Shown here in pieces: positions 9,551 through 18,918 of a stretch of 64,000 nt of DNA. The notes beneath the pieces are model-generated. The model worked only from the letters and a program-made list of their open reading frames with translations, was not told the DNA's origin and searched no databases. The stretch comes from Candidatus Borrarchaeum weybense (GTDB taxonomy: Archaea > Asgardarchaeota > Sifarchaeia > Borrarchaeales > Borrarchaeaceae), in NCBI GenBank assembly GCA_019057385.1, contig JAHQJS010000006.1, forward strand, positions 613,038 to 677,037, given 5' to 3'. How positions within the stretch are numbered: position 1 is the first letter of the stretch; every line of letters starts with the position of its first letter. The position numbers and the translations under genes were made by a program.

Positions 9551-12500
9551 CGAAATCTCCTCCTGTCACCTTTGAAGTACCTAAGCAGTATGATTCCAAA
9601 GATTACGATGAATGTAAAGAACCCATAGACACCGAATTGAGTGAGCATTTGTACTTCTACTGGTGCCTCTGCTACATTTAAAGCACCGATAGATCCTGCA
9701 ACAGCAATCAATAGCGAGAATAGACCCCCACCTGAAATAAGTCCGATGTGCCATTGGAAGTTGTGCTTCCTGTAAGACTCATAAACAGGACCCGCCTTAG
9801 CGACATGACTCCACAGGATCACAACAATTGCAACTGTGATTGGGACAAACGCAAATACAGGACTTGCTAAGTTAATTGCTGGTTTTCTAAATGTTACAGA
9901 CCATTCAGATATGTCGGTAAGTGACAAAACTCCTCCAAGTTGAGGTAAAAACAAGAATATAGCAAGTGTTACTCCAGCTGCACCGAAGATCGCTGTGTAA
10001 ACATAGAACGCATATTTCTGATAAAATTTCTTAACACGCGATACGTCTTTCGTACTTTGAACTACAACTATGCCTATTATTGAAATACTTAAAGCGTAGA
10101 TAAAAGGCTCTATTGTAAGCGTGTAAGTCTTTTCTTTGACATATCCCACAAGATACAGTGTTTGATCGGGTTCTATATTGATGCCATAAATGCTAATTGT
10201 TCCTTCGTAATCATTAGGCATAAATTCAACTGAATATCCGCTTTCTTCATTACTTAAGTAGTCTAAAAGAGTTGCACTTGCAGCAGAGGATATTTCGTTC
10301 TGTAATTTGCTGTCAGTGTATATTTTCCATGATTTTATGCTGTCTGTAGTGTAACCCGCCCAATATAGTTTTCGTATTGAAGGCAGGTCGATTCCAATAA
10401 TAGAGACATTCTCTCGTGCTATTTGAGTGTCTATATTCATCGTATAGACAGCTTTGTTATTATCAGCGTTTACCACAGCGGGACTAGAAACCTTTGGTTC
10501 AGTTTCATAGAAATAGATTTTGAAGGAAGCGTCTTCGGTAGGTGCTTCATCAAATTCAAGTGTGAGTTTCCACTTAGATCCTTCTGCTTTAAACTTTAAG
10601 TTAGTCACATTCTTTGTGCTTACAGCAACAGCAGTAACTAAGTCAAAGTCGTCACCTAGTTTTTCCTTGAATGAATTGCTTAACGTCTTGGTATAGACCA
10701 ATTGTGATTCGTGAATCGTTGCAGTGCACCAAAACATAAGATCTTCTGTGACGTTTCCACACTTTACTTCTTCAGGTTCGTGAAGTGAACCTAATTGAAG
10801 TCCATTCTCAGGGGTAGAATCTGCGAAGAATGTTATTGTTTCTTTTTCTGTGAGCCCATTAGTATTTTCTGCTCTGATCTGTAGTTTATAATCATCATCT
10901 TCATCAAAAAACGTGCTGTTTACCTCAAAAGAGCCCTCATAAACTCCTGTAGTAGTATTTCCTGATTCTAGGCTCATAGTTTGCCAGGCAGAATAAACCT
11001 CGTATTGCGTAATTTGTGATTCATAAGTGTATCTAAATTTCACTGAGGAGATAGTAGCAGCTTCTGATGATAATTGAGTAGCAGTACATTTTACTGTTAC
11101 AGTTTCAAAGTCTACTCTCTCGTTATGTGAGGGATCTACATTAGTAATAGAAACACCCTGATCGCATAGCCAATTACTAAAACTTAGAGTAGTGTTATGC
11201 CCTTCAAAATCCTCAGAAATAATAAAATCTAAGTCAGTATCACTACCTAAATTTACCTCAGAAATCTCCCAATGATCTGTATCCCATGTTGCCGTGAAAG
11301 AATCTCCATCTGTGGCAGATATATCTCCTGAATCAATGCCTGTAGTGTATGAAGGTGTGATAGTACCAGATTGTAAGTTTTCTGATGCTACCGCAAAAGT
11401 TCTTGAACTATCAAAGTAAATATTGTCAATGTATGCCTTTAAATTGATCTGTGAGGAATTATAATAGAATCCAATGTAATCAATATCATTCCAATTAGGA
11501 GAGCCCTGCTCACTCCATCCTGAACTACCAGAGCCTAACTCTATAGTTTCTACCTGCCATGTATTAGGAGTAGTTATGTCTACTGTTCGATAAAAATAAT
11601 TAGAATCACTATCATAAAGTCTTAACTCCAGAAATGAATGAGATTTAAGTTTAACAATATGTGCATCAGCATAATCAACATTATTTATCGGAAAATATAT
11701 ATAATCATCCGTTGGCTGAATAAACGAACTTGTTGGGCAACCTTCACCTGATCCGTATGTTACAAGATCTGTAAAGGTATCCTCTTTTATGTCATAATAT
11801 CCCACTCCACCAACGTACCAACCGTAGTATATAATATTGTTATCGTCATCGTAATATACACTTTCAAGTGTATAGGGATCTGAATAACCAATATAACCAA
11901 GATCATTAGTTGAATCCGTTGTTACGTTTAACTGATAAAGGTGCCCTGTAATTGATCTTCCAAAAAGAATTAAATCAGTACCATTCATTGTAGGACTAAG
12001 AGCTGTATCGCCAAGCGAACTAACTACTGTCTGTTCGTGTGACGTGAGATTCATTTTTTGAATCCCAACAGAGGCACCGCCAATATAAAGAAAATCTCCA
12101 ACATTAACTAAAGTTTGTGGGTCCTCATCGTTAGTGCCAACGGTAGAATACCACTCTTCTGCCCATTCATCAGTTTGAGCGTCAAAAGTTTTCCAACCCA
12201 TTTTAGCAGCTTCTCTCCAAAACGAGTAAAAAATATGTGATCCATTATACCAACAAGAAGATACTGCCCAAGTTGATGAAGTAAAAATGTCACCAACCAA
12301 TTCTATTGTACCATCAGAGATATCTAATTTACAAACTTGATGAGAAAAAGTTGGAGTGGTATTATAAGCTATAAAATAAATGAATTCATTATCAACATTT
12401 ATTAAACTTTGAATCGAGTCATAATGTGTTTCAAGTTCAGAGGGCAAAGTAACCTCAGTAACGGTATCTGTAGAGATGTTTAATTTGAATAGATTACAAA

Positions 12501-13194
12501 CATCTGTTAGTTCTCTATCTCCAAAATAAACAGAACCATCTCCATCATAAGCCATTCCTGTAAAGGAAGCATCTGATACTGATTTTGTGCCCGTCATAAT
12601 ACCAATATCTTCTATCTCAAAATAATAGCCTCCACTTTGATAGACTGCAAAGTTGAGATATTCATAGTAATTCTCACAATCTAATGAAAGGTTTTTAGAA
12701 GCATTATAATAAGCCACTCGATTATCTTCACCTGCTGTAGCAGTTGCATTAATCGAATAACTGCCTGTGTATTTTATATCTCCTTCATCAGATAACGTGA
12801 AATTATCACTTCCCCATGAACTTGCAGTATTTTCAGTCCACGAATCACCGCCTTCAGGAATTGCATAATAGTTGAGATCAGAAGGAGGATCACCGCCACC
12901 GCCATCGCCATTAGACAGAGTACCGATAGTAGGACCACTTGTTTTTTTTTCGTCTGGGATTTCAGGAGATTCTATATGTATATCTGGTTCTTTGGTATTA
13001 TGAAGTGTGGCCTGTGATGAGTCTGATATTTTCATAGCCACTTGTATGGCGAAAAGACACAGGCAAAAGATGATAAGCACTGATGTAATGTGACGGGCTT
13101 TAGGTCTGGGAACTAACCCTTTTATGATTTCTTTGGCTACTAATGGAACTAATTGTGTTTTCTTACGTTTAATCGGTTTACGTTTTATCCTCAT
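9547..13194 (-). CDS. 1215-aa membrane-anchored surface glycoprotein, candidate spike/adhesin
   Basis: N-terminal TM, acidic S/T/Y-rich beta-propeller-like repeats, many N-x-S/T sequons, several C-terminal TM helices. Confidence 0.8.
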   Translation of the reverse strand: MRIKRKPIKRKKTQLVPLVAKEIIKGLVPRPKARHITSVLIIFCLCLFAIQVAMKISDSSQATLHNTKEPDIHIESPEIPDEKKTSGPTIGTLSNGDGGGGDPPSDLNYYAIPEGGDSWTENTASSWGSDNFTLSDEGDIKYTGSYSINATATAGEDNRVAYYNASKNLSLDCENYYEYLNFAVYQSGGYYFEIEDIGIMTGTKSVSDASFTGMAYDGDGSVYFGDRELTDVCNLFKLNISTDTVTEVTLPSELETHYDSIQSLINVDNEFIYFIAYNTTPTFSHQVCKLDISDGTIELVGDIFTSSTWAVSSCWYNGSHIFYSFWREAAKMGWKTFDAQTDEWAEEWYSTVGTNDEDPQTLVNVGDFLYIGGASVGIQKMNLTSHEQTVVSSLGDTALSPTMNGTDLILFGRSITGHLYQLNVTTDSTNDLGYIGYSDPYTLESVYYDDDNNIIYYGWYVGGVGYYDIKEDTFTDLVTYGSGEGCPTSSFIQPTDDYIYFPINNVDYADAHIVKLKSHSFLELRLYDSDSNYFYRTVDITTPNTWQVETIELGSGSSGWSEQGSPNWNDIDYIGFYYNSSQINLKAYIDNIYFDSSRTFAVASENLQSGTITPSYTTGIDSGDISATDGDSFTATWDTDHWEISEVNLGSDTDLDFIISEDFEGHNTTLSFSNWLCDQGVSITNVDPSHNERVDFETVTVKCTATQLSSEAATISSVKFRYTYESQITQYEVYSAWQTMSLESGNTTTGVYEGSFEVNSTFFDEDDDYKLQIRAENTNGLTEKETITFFADSTPENGLQLGSLHEPEEVKCGNVTEDLMFWCTATIHESQLVYTKTLSNSFKEKLGDDFDLVTAVAVSTKNVTNLKFKAEGSKWKLTLEFDEAPTEDASFKIYFYETEPKVSSPAVVNADNNKAVYTMNIDTQIARENVSIIGIDLPSIRKLYWAGYTTDSIKSWKIYTDSKLQNEISSAASATLLDYLSNEESGYSVEFMPNDYEGTISIYGINIEPDQTLYLVGYVKEKTYTLTIEPFIYALSISIIGIVVVQSTKDVSRVKKFYQKYAFYVYTAIFGAAGVTLAIFLFLPQLGGVLSLTDISEWSVTFRKPAINLASPVFAFVPITVAIVVILWSHVAKAGPVYESYRKHNFQWHIGLISGGGLFSLLIAVAGSIGALNVAEAPVEVQMLTQFGVYGFFTFIVIFGIILLRYFKGDRRRFR

Positions 13195-13227
13195 CTACCT
13201 ACCTCACGATAACTGTCAATAGTTAAA

Positions 13228-13887
13228 TCACTCCATTTCCTTTCGGAGAAATACCAGATACATCCCTACTAGATTTAGTGCGACGAGTTTCAAAATAGCA
13301 ACAATTTCCGCTACAACGGCGTTAGCACCATACGCAACGGTAAATATTTGTTCAGGAGGAACTAAGTCTCCAAGTAGGAGCCAGAATGTCACACCAACGG
13401 TCAGAAAGATTATACCCACCGCAACAAGTTTTCTTCCGAAGAATACCAGAACCATACTTGCCCCAAAGACGAGTAAGAGCAGTGGAAAAAGCGTAGAATT
13501 CAATAATGATGAGGGGACGTCCACAAACGCCAATGAACGTGCGACTTGTTGTTCCTGATAGCCGAACAAACTTGCTATCTGTAAATCCAAGTCTAAGACA
13601 ACAAGTACGCCTAACATCATACCAATGAGATTGAGTAACATTCCGAGTGGACTTTGTTTTGAAAAATTGTAAAAAGTCCGTACCACCGTTCCCGTGATAA
13701 AGAGACCGATCATACCGTAGAACGAGATGTAAAACGGTATAAAGCGCACTACATAGAGTAATATGTCTATTACTGCTATAAGAATCAAGATTTCAAAGAA
13801 CGCTTTTTTGTAATCTCTTGTGAATATGCCGATGCGTGTGACTTCTAAGGCATTACTTATTTTGCGTTGTATTCTTGCCATTTCCAA
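13228..13887 (-). CDS. Polytopic membrane protein, putative virion membrane protein
   Basis: About six TM helices; C-terminal part resembles 15217-15948. Confidence 0.75.
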   Translation of the reverse strand: MEMARIQRKISNALEVTRIGIFTRDYKKAFFEILILIAVIDILLYVVRFIPFYISFYGMIGLFITGTVVRTFYNFSKQSPLGMLLNLIGMMLGVLVVLDLDLQIASLFGYQEQQVARSLAFVDVPSSLLNSTLFPLLLLVFGASMVLVFFGRKLVAVGIIFLTVGVTFWLLLGDLVPPEQIFTVAYGANAVVAEIVAILKLVALNLVGMYLVFLRKEME

Positions 13888-13945
13888 TTTTCTCCATTTT
13901 TTCTGTTTCTAATTACTTAGGTAGTTTGGATCAATGAGGCACAAT

Positions 13946-15187
13946 TTATCGAAATTTGAGGATTTTCCCTATTCTCTTTGCGCCTCTTGAGATACGCTCT
14001 CTCATAGTTCTTGAAGAACTACCAGAAGAGCCACTTCTTACCATAAAAGCAAGTGAACTGCCACTTGCCTTGCGCTCGGGGGGATTTTGTGCCTTTTTTG
14101 TCACTACATTCTTTATCCCTGCACCGAGTTTCCCAGCGGCATCATTTATTCTTTCAGACACAACAGAACGCAAACCATACTTGTCCGTGTAACTTATCGC
14201 CATGATGAGCCCCATACAGATCAGAGTGGGTATTCCAAACGCTGTAAACCATTCAAGGAGTGCGAAAATTAATGCTACGTATTGCGATACAGGAGGAAAC
14301 CAATCCGCCCACTCGATCCCAGCAGTAAAAGTTGCAGGTGCAGCAAGCATTATGACAATGCCAGCAATAAAGAATGAACCACTAATTTTTGCGAGTGTTT
14401 CAAGCAGATCAGTGCCTATGACAAAACTCAATGCAAAGAATATAAACGCAAGAAGGACAGTTACAAATGCGATGAACTCATGTACTTGGTCTGGGTGTAC
14501 GATCCACTCGAAAAAGTTTGGATAACCTTTCCATTCGTAGCCCGCACCAGGACTTTGATCTTCGTCTTCTACGTCTTCTGGTAAGCCTCTCCCTCCTTCG
14601 CCTTCCTCAGCGTTCCATTGAAAATTCTCATACGTTTCAGAACTACCGTACCAAAGATAGATTTTCCCGTAAAAGTCAGCGTTCTTCAAATCTTTATCTT
14701 GAAAATAGAGAACTGCCGTGAAGCTACCGTCATCAATTTTAATTTTATCACTTGTGTAGAGACTATTGTCGTCTATATCGAATATTTGTATTTGATACTC
14801 CGCGCCTCCATCGTTATCTTTTGGTAACTCATTGTCGTCAATTGAATCAACCAATTCTGGAGTCACGTCAGATACGGTAACCGTGTAAATAGTTCCCACT
14901 TGACTTATATCAAAATCAAGTTCTACTTCTGTGTTTGTACTTGAGATAGAGAGGTCCATCATGGACATTTTATTTGTGCCAATAAAAACACCAAATAGAA
15001 TCGCGTAGCCAACACAAAGGATCGCTAAATACTTATAGCCCTTTTGTGTTGCTAAAAGAACTGCTAAATAAAAAAAACCGAGAAATCCAATAAGAAAAAT
15101 GTATTGCCTAAAGATCCCAAGAACGATAGAAGGCACTATAATCGTAGAAACAACTGCTGTTGAGGTCCAGTTTGCTGTACGTTTCAT
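13946..15187 (-). CDS. Membrane protein with acidic extracellular domain and basic tail
   Basis: TM segments flanking an acidic beta-rich domain; R/K-rich C-terminus. Confidence 0.8.
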   Translation of the reverse strand: MKRTANWTSTAVVSTIIVPSIVLGIFRQYIFLIGFLGFFYLAVLLATQKGYKYLAILCVGYAILFGVFIGTNKMSMMDLSISSTNTEVELDFDISQVGTIYTVTVSDVTPELVDSIDDNELPKDNDGGAEYQIQIFDIDDNSLYTSDKIKIDDGSFTAVLYFQDKDLKNADFYGKIYLWYGSSETYENFQWNAEEGEGGRGLPEDVEDEDQSPGAGYEWKGYPNFFEWIVHPDQVHEFIAFVTVLLAFIFFALSFVIGTDLLETLAKISGSFFIAGIVIMLAAPATFTAGIEWADWFPPVSQYVALIFALLEWFTAFGIPTLICMGLIMAISYTDKYGLRSVVSERINDAAGKLGAGIKNVVTKKAQNPPERKASGSSLAFMVRSGSSGSSSRTMRERISRGAKRIGKILKFR

Positions 15188-15216
15188 AGATTATAAGCCC
15201 CCACTATCACTATTGG

Positions 15217-15948
15217 TTATCTTGTGGCGTTAATAATGGCTTTTCCGAGTCCTATCGGAACTACTGCAAAGAGTCCAACTGTAAACGCTTCGATCCAACC
15301 TGCCATTTCGCCAAGATTCAATGGTGCCCCAACAAACGTGTCGTCTGGCGGCATCCAGCCGAAAAACAGACTAACCACGATGATGATGAAGGGGATCATG
15401 GCCATTCCTGCGGCTTTTCGTCTACCTGTTGCGTATGCAAAAAGTGCCGTCATGCCACATATCGCACCGATCATCATTTTAGGCGCGGTCAAAATCGTTT
15501 GTATAATGTCAGTTTCGGTGTAAGTGGCGGAAGATAACGGTGTGAGGCTCAGATATGCCATAGCATTAGAGTCGGTCATGGACATTGTTGCGAGTGCCCC
15601 AAGTCCATTGGCTACTATGAACGTCAGAAGAAGAATGATTGCAAGATTAGCAACGATATGATAGCCCCGCAAATACTGAAAGTTCAGAATCATCTCAAAT
15701 ATAATCGCAACTATTCCGAACGCATAAAACGTCTTGAGGAATGTTCCAAGCGAAATACCAGACAAGAAACTGATGTCAGCAAATATTGTCACCAAGAATA
15801 AAGTGATCACAACAATTACAGCTAGTGCGTAGAAATAAAACACATTATTAACCATGTTTTGGATTTCTGCTGTTCTTCTGCTAGAAAAGACCTTTCTAGT
15901 AAATTTCTTAAAAGATATACCAAATGCCATTTTCCAAATTTCCTCCAT
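15217..15948 (-). CDS. Polytopic membrane protein, putative virion membrane protein
   Basis: About six TM helices; likely start at ATG 15930 after GGAGG. Confidence 0.75.
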   Translation of the reverse strand: MEEIWKMAFGISFKKFTRKVFSSRRTAEIQNMVNNVFYFYALAVIVVITLFLVTIFADISFLSGISLGTFLKTFYAFGIVAIIFEMILNFQYLRGYHIVANLAIILLLTFIVANGLGALATMSMTDSNAMAYLSLTPLSSATYTETDIIQTILTAPKMMIGAICGMTALFAYATGRRKAAGMAMIPFIIIVVSLFFGWMPPDDTFVGAPLNLGEMAGWIEAFTVGLFAVVPIGLGKAIINATR

Positions 15949-16012
15949 TTTTTTTCAAATTACTTAAGTAGTCGGGTACGGTTCAGATAAGGCACAAAAA
16001 AGCGTGCTAAAC

Positions 16013-16420
16013 TCATTTTCTACGGGATTCTAGTAGATCTGCGATGATAGCAGAAAACACAGTCGAAAACGCGGCGGCAACACTTGTAATGACATCGAAT
16101 CCAAAGAAACTGCCTGTGGTTGCGCTACCTCCACTGATTAATACAATTAATGCACCGATGAAAAAGCCGATAGCCGCACCTATTGCTAAAACTAAGATCT
16201 GGTGAAAATACGCTAAAAATAATGATTTTACAAGGAGTCGTTGTAATCCTGCGCCGAGTCCTGCCACATTGTCCATCTTAAATGCCAGCAAGAGTGTGAC
16301 AAAACCAATTGCCATAATAAGTATACTAGCAAAAAGATAAGGCGTAATAAATATGGCTAAAATACCGCAAGTTATCAGTACTGTCGCAATTATGTAGGTA
16401 ACGCCGCGTAGTGCAGTCAT
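16013..16420 (-). CDS. Small four-TM hydrophobic protein
   Basis: 135 aa, almost entirely hydrophobic; GGAGG RBS. Confidence 0.75.
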   Translation of the reverse strand: MTALRGVTYIIATVLITCGILAIFITPYLFASILIMAIGFVTLLLAFKMDNVAGLGAGLQRLLVKSLFLAYFHQILVLAIGAAIGFFIGALIVLISGGSATTGSFFGFDVITSVAAAFSTVFSAIIADLLESRRK

Positions 16421-16435
16421 AACATATTGAACCTC

Positions 16436-16654
16436 CTATACGTCTTTTGGGAGGTTCTTCTGTTCTTTGATACGTGCGATCTCTACGTCAAGTGGGCTAT
16501 CAAAAGTACCCATTTCCTCGAGCACTTTTGCGAATTCGTCTTTGGGATAACATTTTTCCCTACCGTCCTCTGTTATGAAACAAATCTGATCACCGCGTTC
16601 AACGATGTCTCTGCCGTGACCGTTATGAGTTTTGTCTCCTCGCCATTGAACCAA
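16436..16654 (-). CDS. Small hypothetical protein
   Basis: 72 aa, AGGAGG RBS before TTG. Confidence 0.65.
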   Translation of the reverse strand: MVQWRGDKTHNGHGRDIVERGDQICFITEDGREKCYPKDEFAKVLEEMGTFDSPLDVEIARIKEQKNLPKDV

Positions 16655-16725
16655 CTTTTAGACCTCCTAATTTAAAGTAAAAAAAGGGTGCGGGGTGCTC
16701 TGTATCTAGTGAAGTCAAATTCGGC

Positions 16726-16971
16726 TTATTTGCAACCAAATTCGTCAGAAACTTCTTTTGGAAGACCTTCTATACTGCAAATACCATTTTTCCAAGCGTC
16801 AGGTCCAGCAGTTTTCAGACCTTTAGCGTAGTTTCTGTCCATCTTTGCGGTGTCGGTGGCATTGATGTCGTTAAGGAAGTCCTCTTCGGTAACATTGGCG
16901 ACATTATCTTTCCACTTTGCAATCGTGGATTTTTTTGTCATTTTTGCCTTCCAAGGGCCAGAAATTACCAT
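16726..16971 (-). CDS. Small protein with basic N-terminus, paralog 2; candidate nucleocapsid protein
   Basis: Aligns with 17026-17298: IS.PWK.KMTK.STI.KWK.NV..V.EEDF...I.ATD...MD.N.A.GL...W...IC.I.GLP..V.D.FGC. Confidence 0.8.
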   Translation of the reverse strand: MVISGPWKAKMTKKSTIAKWKDNVANVTEEDFLNDINATDTAKMDRNYAKGLKTAGPDAWKNGICSIEGLPKEVSDEFGCK

Positions 16972-17025
16972 AGTTTTTCCTCCACATTTTTCGTTTTTTT
17001 TAAAACCAAACCAAAAGAAGTAACG

Positions 17026-17298
17026 CTACCAGGTCCTTTTGACATCGATGCAACCAAATGCGTCTCTGACGTCCTGTGGTAATCCGTCTATTCGACAGAT
17101 CGCAGCTGCCCATGGGGCACCATATTCTGATTTATGTACTTTGATAAGTCCGTCTGCCCAATTCTTGTCCATTTCGACAGAATCAGTGGCAGCTATACTG
17201 ACGTTAAAGTCCTCTTCAGAAACCGCATTGACATTTTCCTTCCACTTTTTGATAGTAGAAGACTTAGTCATTTTGTTCTTCCAAGGTTCTGAAATCAT
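17026..17298 (-). CDS. Small protein with basic N-terminus, paralog 1; candidate nucleocapsid protein
   Basis: First gene of the leftward module, TATA-like TTTATATA upstream; paralog of 16726-16971. Confidence 0.8.
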   Translation of the reverse strand: MISEPWKNKMTKSSTIKKWKENVNAVSEEDFNVSIAATDSVEMDKNWADGLIKVHKSEYGAPWAAAICRIDGLPQDVRDAFGCIDVKRTW

Positions 17299-17401
17299 AG
17301 AATCAAATCTTTGGTATTGGTTATTGGTTTTTGATACTCATGTTTTTATATATAAATTGTGAGGATTACTTATACAGGAAACATACATTTTCCGCTATGG
17401 G

Positions 17402-17614
17402 GTGTTTATGAGGTTGCAATTGTATGGAATACCAACTTTAACGATAGTGAACGAAGACCTACTTTATTTACCCGCTGAACTTAGAAAACGATATAAGCTT
17501 ACAAAAAATGAAAAAATCCTCGCTGTCACACAGATGGATGATGACGGCTTTTTTGTTCGAGTCATTGATAAACAACAAAGAGAGACTATAGCGAATTTAC
17601 CTACTTTGGGGTGA
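17402..17614 (+). CDS. AbrB/SpoVT-like DNA-binding protein
   Basis: LYLPAELRKRYKLTKNEKI. Confidence 0.65.
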   Translation: MFMRLQLYGIPTLTIVNEDLLYLPAELRKRYKLTKNEKILAVTQMDDDGFFVRVIDKQQRETIANLPTLG

Positions 17615-17618
17615 GACT

Positions 17619-18401
17619 ATGGCTTCGGAAACTAAGAGTGAGGCTCCAAAAACAGAAGCCATCGCGTCTGATGATGTTAAACAGCCGACACAACCTAAAA
17701 TGATCGATGACTCGCTTCCACTCTGGGAAAGAATGCGTAAAGCCGCTTTCAACTATATTAATATGATGGTAAGTCTGATTAAACCTTCGGCTATTGATCC
17801 CGATTTTGCCGATGCGTGTCAGAAATTGACGTATATTGACGCAATGACTGTTTTTTCGACGTATATGTATGCTACCGCACAAATTTGCGCTGAAGCACTT
17901 GGTATTCTTGAAACATCGGCACGTGCAAGAGAAATTATCAAACGAGAGCCACAGCAAATTCATCCTATCATGCGAGCATTGGGTAGACTTGCCCAAATAT
18001 CGAAACAAATTGATTACGCCAGCAGTGCGGTAATGGGTGTATATCCCCATCAAATGAAACAACTATTAAATGAAGTTCATTACGGTCTTTTCGCAGGTTC
18101 AGGAACGATCCGATGTATTGAAATGAATGGCAAAGGACGTGAAGTAACAGAAGAGAAAAAAAAGATCCCTGACTCCGCGTTCCAACTGCTTAAAATGTTA
18201 GTTGAACGTGATGAAAACGAACAAGGATTATTACAAAGCGATTTGAAAGATTTAATGACGTACAACGAAAGAACTATCCGACAACAAGTTTCGTTCCTCT
18301 TGGAAGAGGGATGCATAGATAGAGATAGAGAGAGTCGTACCTTTCGGCTTTCCCTCACTGATAAGGGAAAATTGGTATATGACAACGGAGGGCATCTATA
18401 G
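17619..18401 (+). CDS. Protein with C-terminal MarR-like winged helix
   Basis: QSDLKDLMTYNERTIRQQVSFLLEEGCIDR...LSLTDKG. Confidence 0.8.
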   Translation: MASETKSEAPKTEAIASDDVKQPTQPKMIDDSLPLWERMRKAAFNYINMMVSLIKPSAIDPDFADACQKLTYIDAMTVFSTYMYATAQICAEALGILETSARAREIIKREPQQIHPIMRALGRLAQISKQIDYASSAVMGVYPHQMKQLLNEVHYGLFAGSGTIRCIEMNGKGREVTEEKKKIPDSAFQLLKMLVERDENEQGLLQSDLKDLMTYNERTIRQQVSFLLEEGCIDRDRESRTFRLSLTDKGKLVYDNGGHL

Positions 18402-18506
18402 GTGTCGTATATCGCAATTTTGCTTTTGACAGGGGTAGGTTGTGCACCTTCATTCGTGACTACCTAAGTATTCATGTAGGAATTGGTAGATTGGTGAGCG
18501 AAAAGT

Positions 18507-18905
18507 ATGACACGAAAATCATTATTTTTTAGAGGCACACTCAAGTACTATTTTCATCACAGCTGCGAACACTGCATGCAGTTTATCGAGTCTGCCGCTT
18601 TCACTGATGTAAAAACATACTGCCGCAATAACAAAATCAGGTTCATTATGTTGGACATAGGGAAAGAATCACATCTTATGGAGTTCCTGGCCGCAGGATT
18701 CGAGGGAACTCCAACACTAATTCTTGGCGATGAGACAGGTCTCCCAATTGTAGTCGAAGGGTTCAAACCTCAGAGTTCAGAAGAGATATTATCGATCTTG
18801 AAGGGAAGTGGTATCTCAGAAACAGTTCACGAAATTCAAAAATCCCGTATTTTAGAGGGATTAAAAAAAGATTTTTGGACACAATTCGCTAATAAAAAAC
18901 TTTAG
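18507..18905 (+). CDS. Thioredoxin-fold protein
   Basis: CEHC motif and GTPTLIL cis-Pro loop. Confidence 0.8.
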   Translation: MTRKSLFFRGTLKYYFHHSCEHCMQFIESAAFTDVKTYCRNNKIRFIMLDIGKESHLMEFLAAGFEGTPTLILGDETGLPIVVEGFKPQSSEEILSILKGSGISETVHEIQKSRILEGLKKDFWTQFANKKL

Positions 18906-18918
18906 GAGGAATGTAAAC

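Noticed and set aside
9547-13194. Diversity-generating retroelement target
   Set aside because: No reverse transcriptase motifs and no TR/VR repeat pair noticed.
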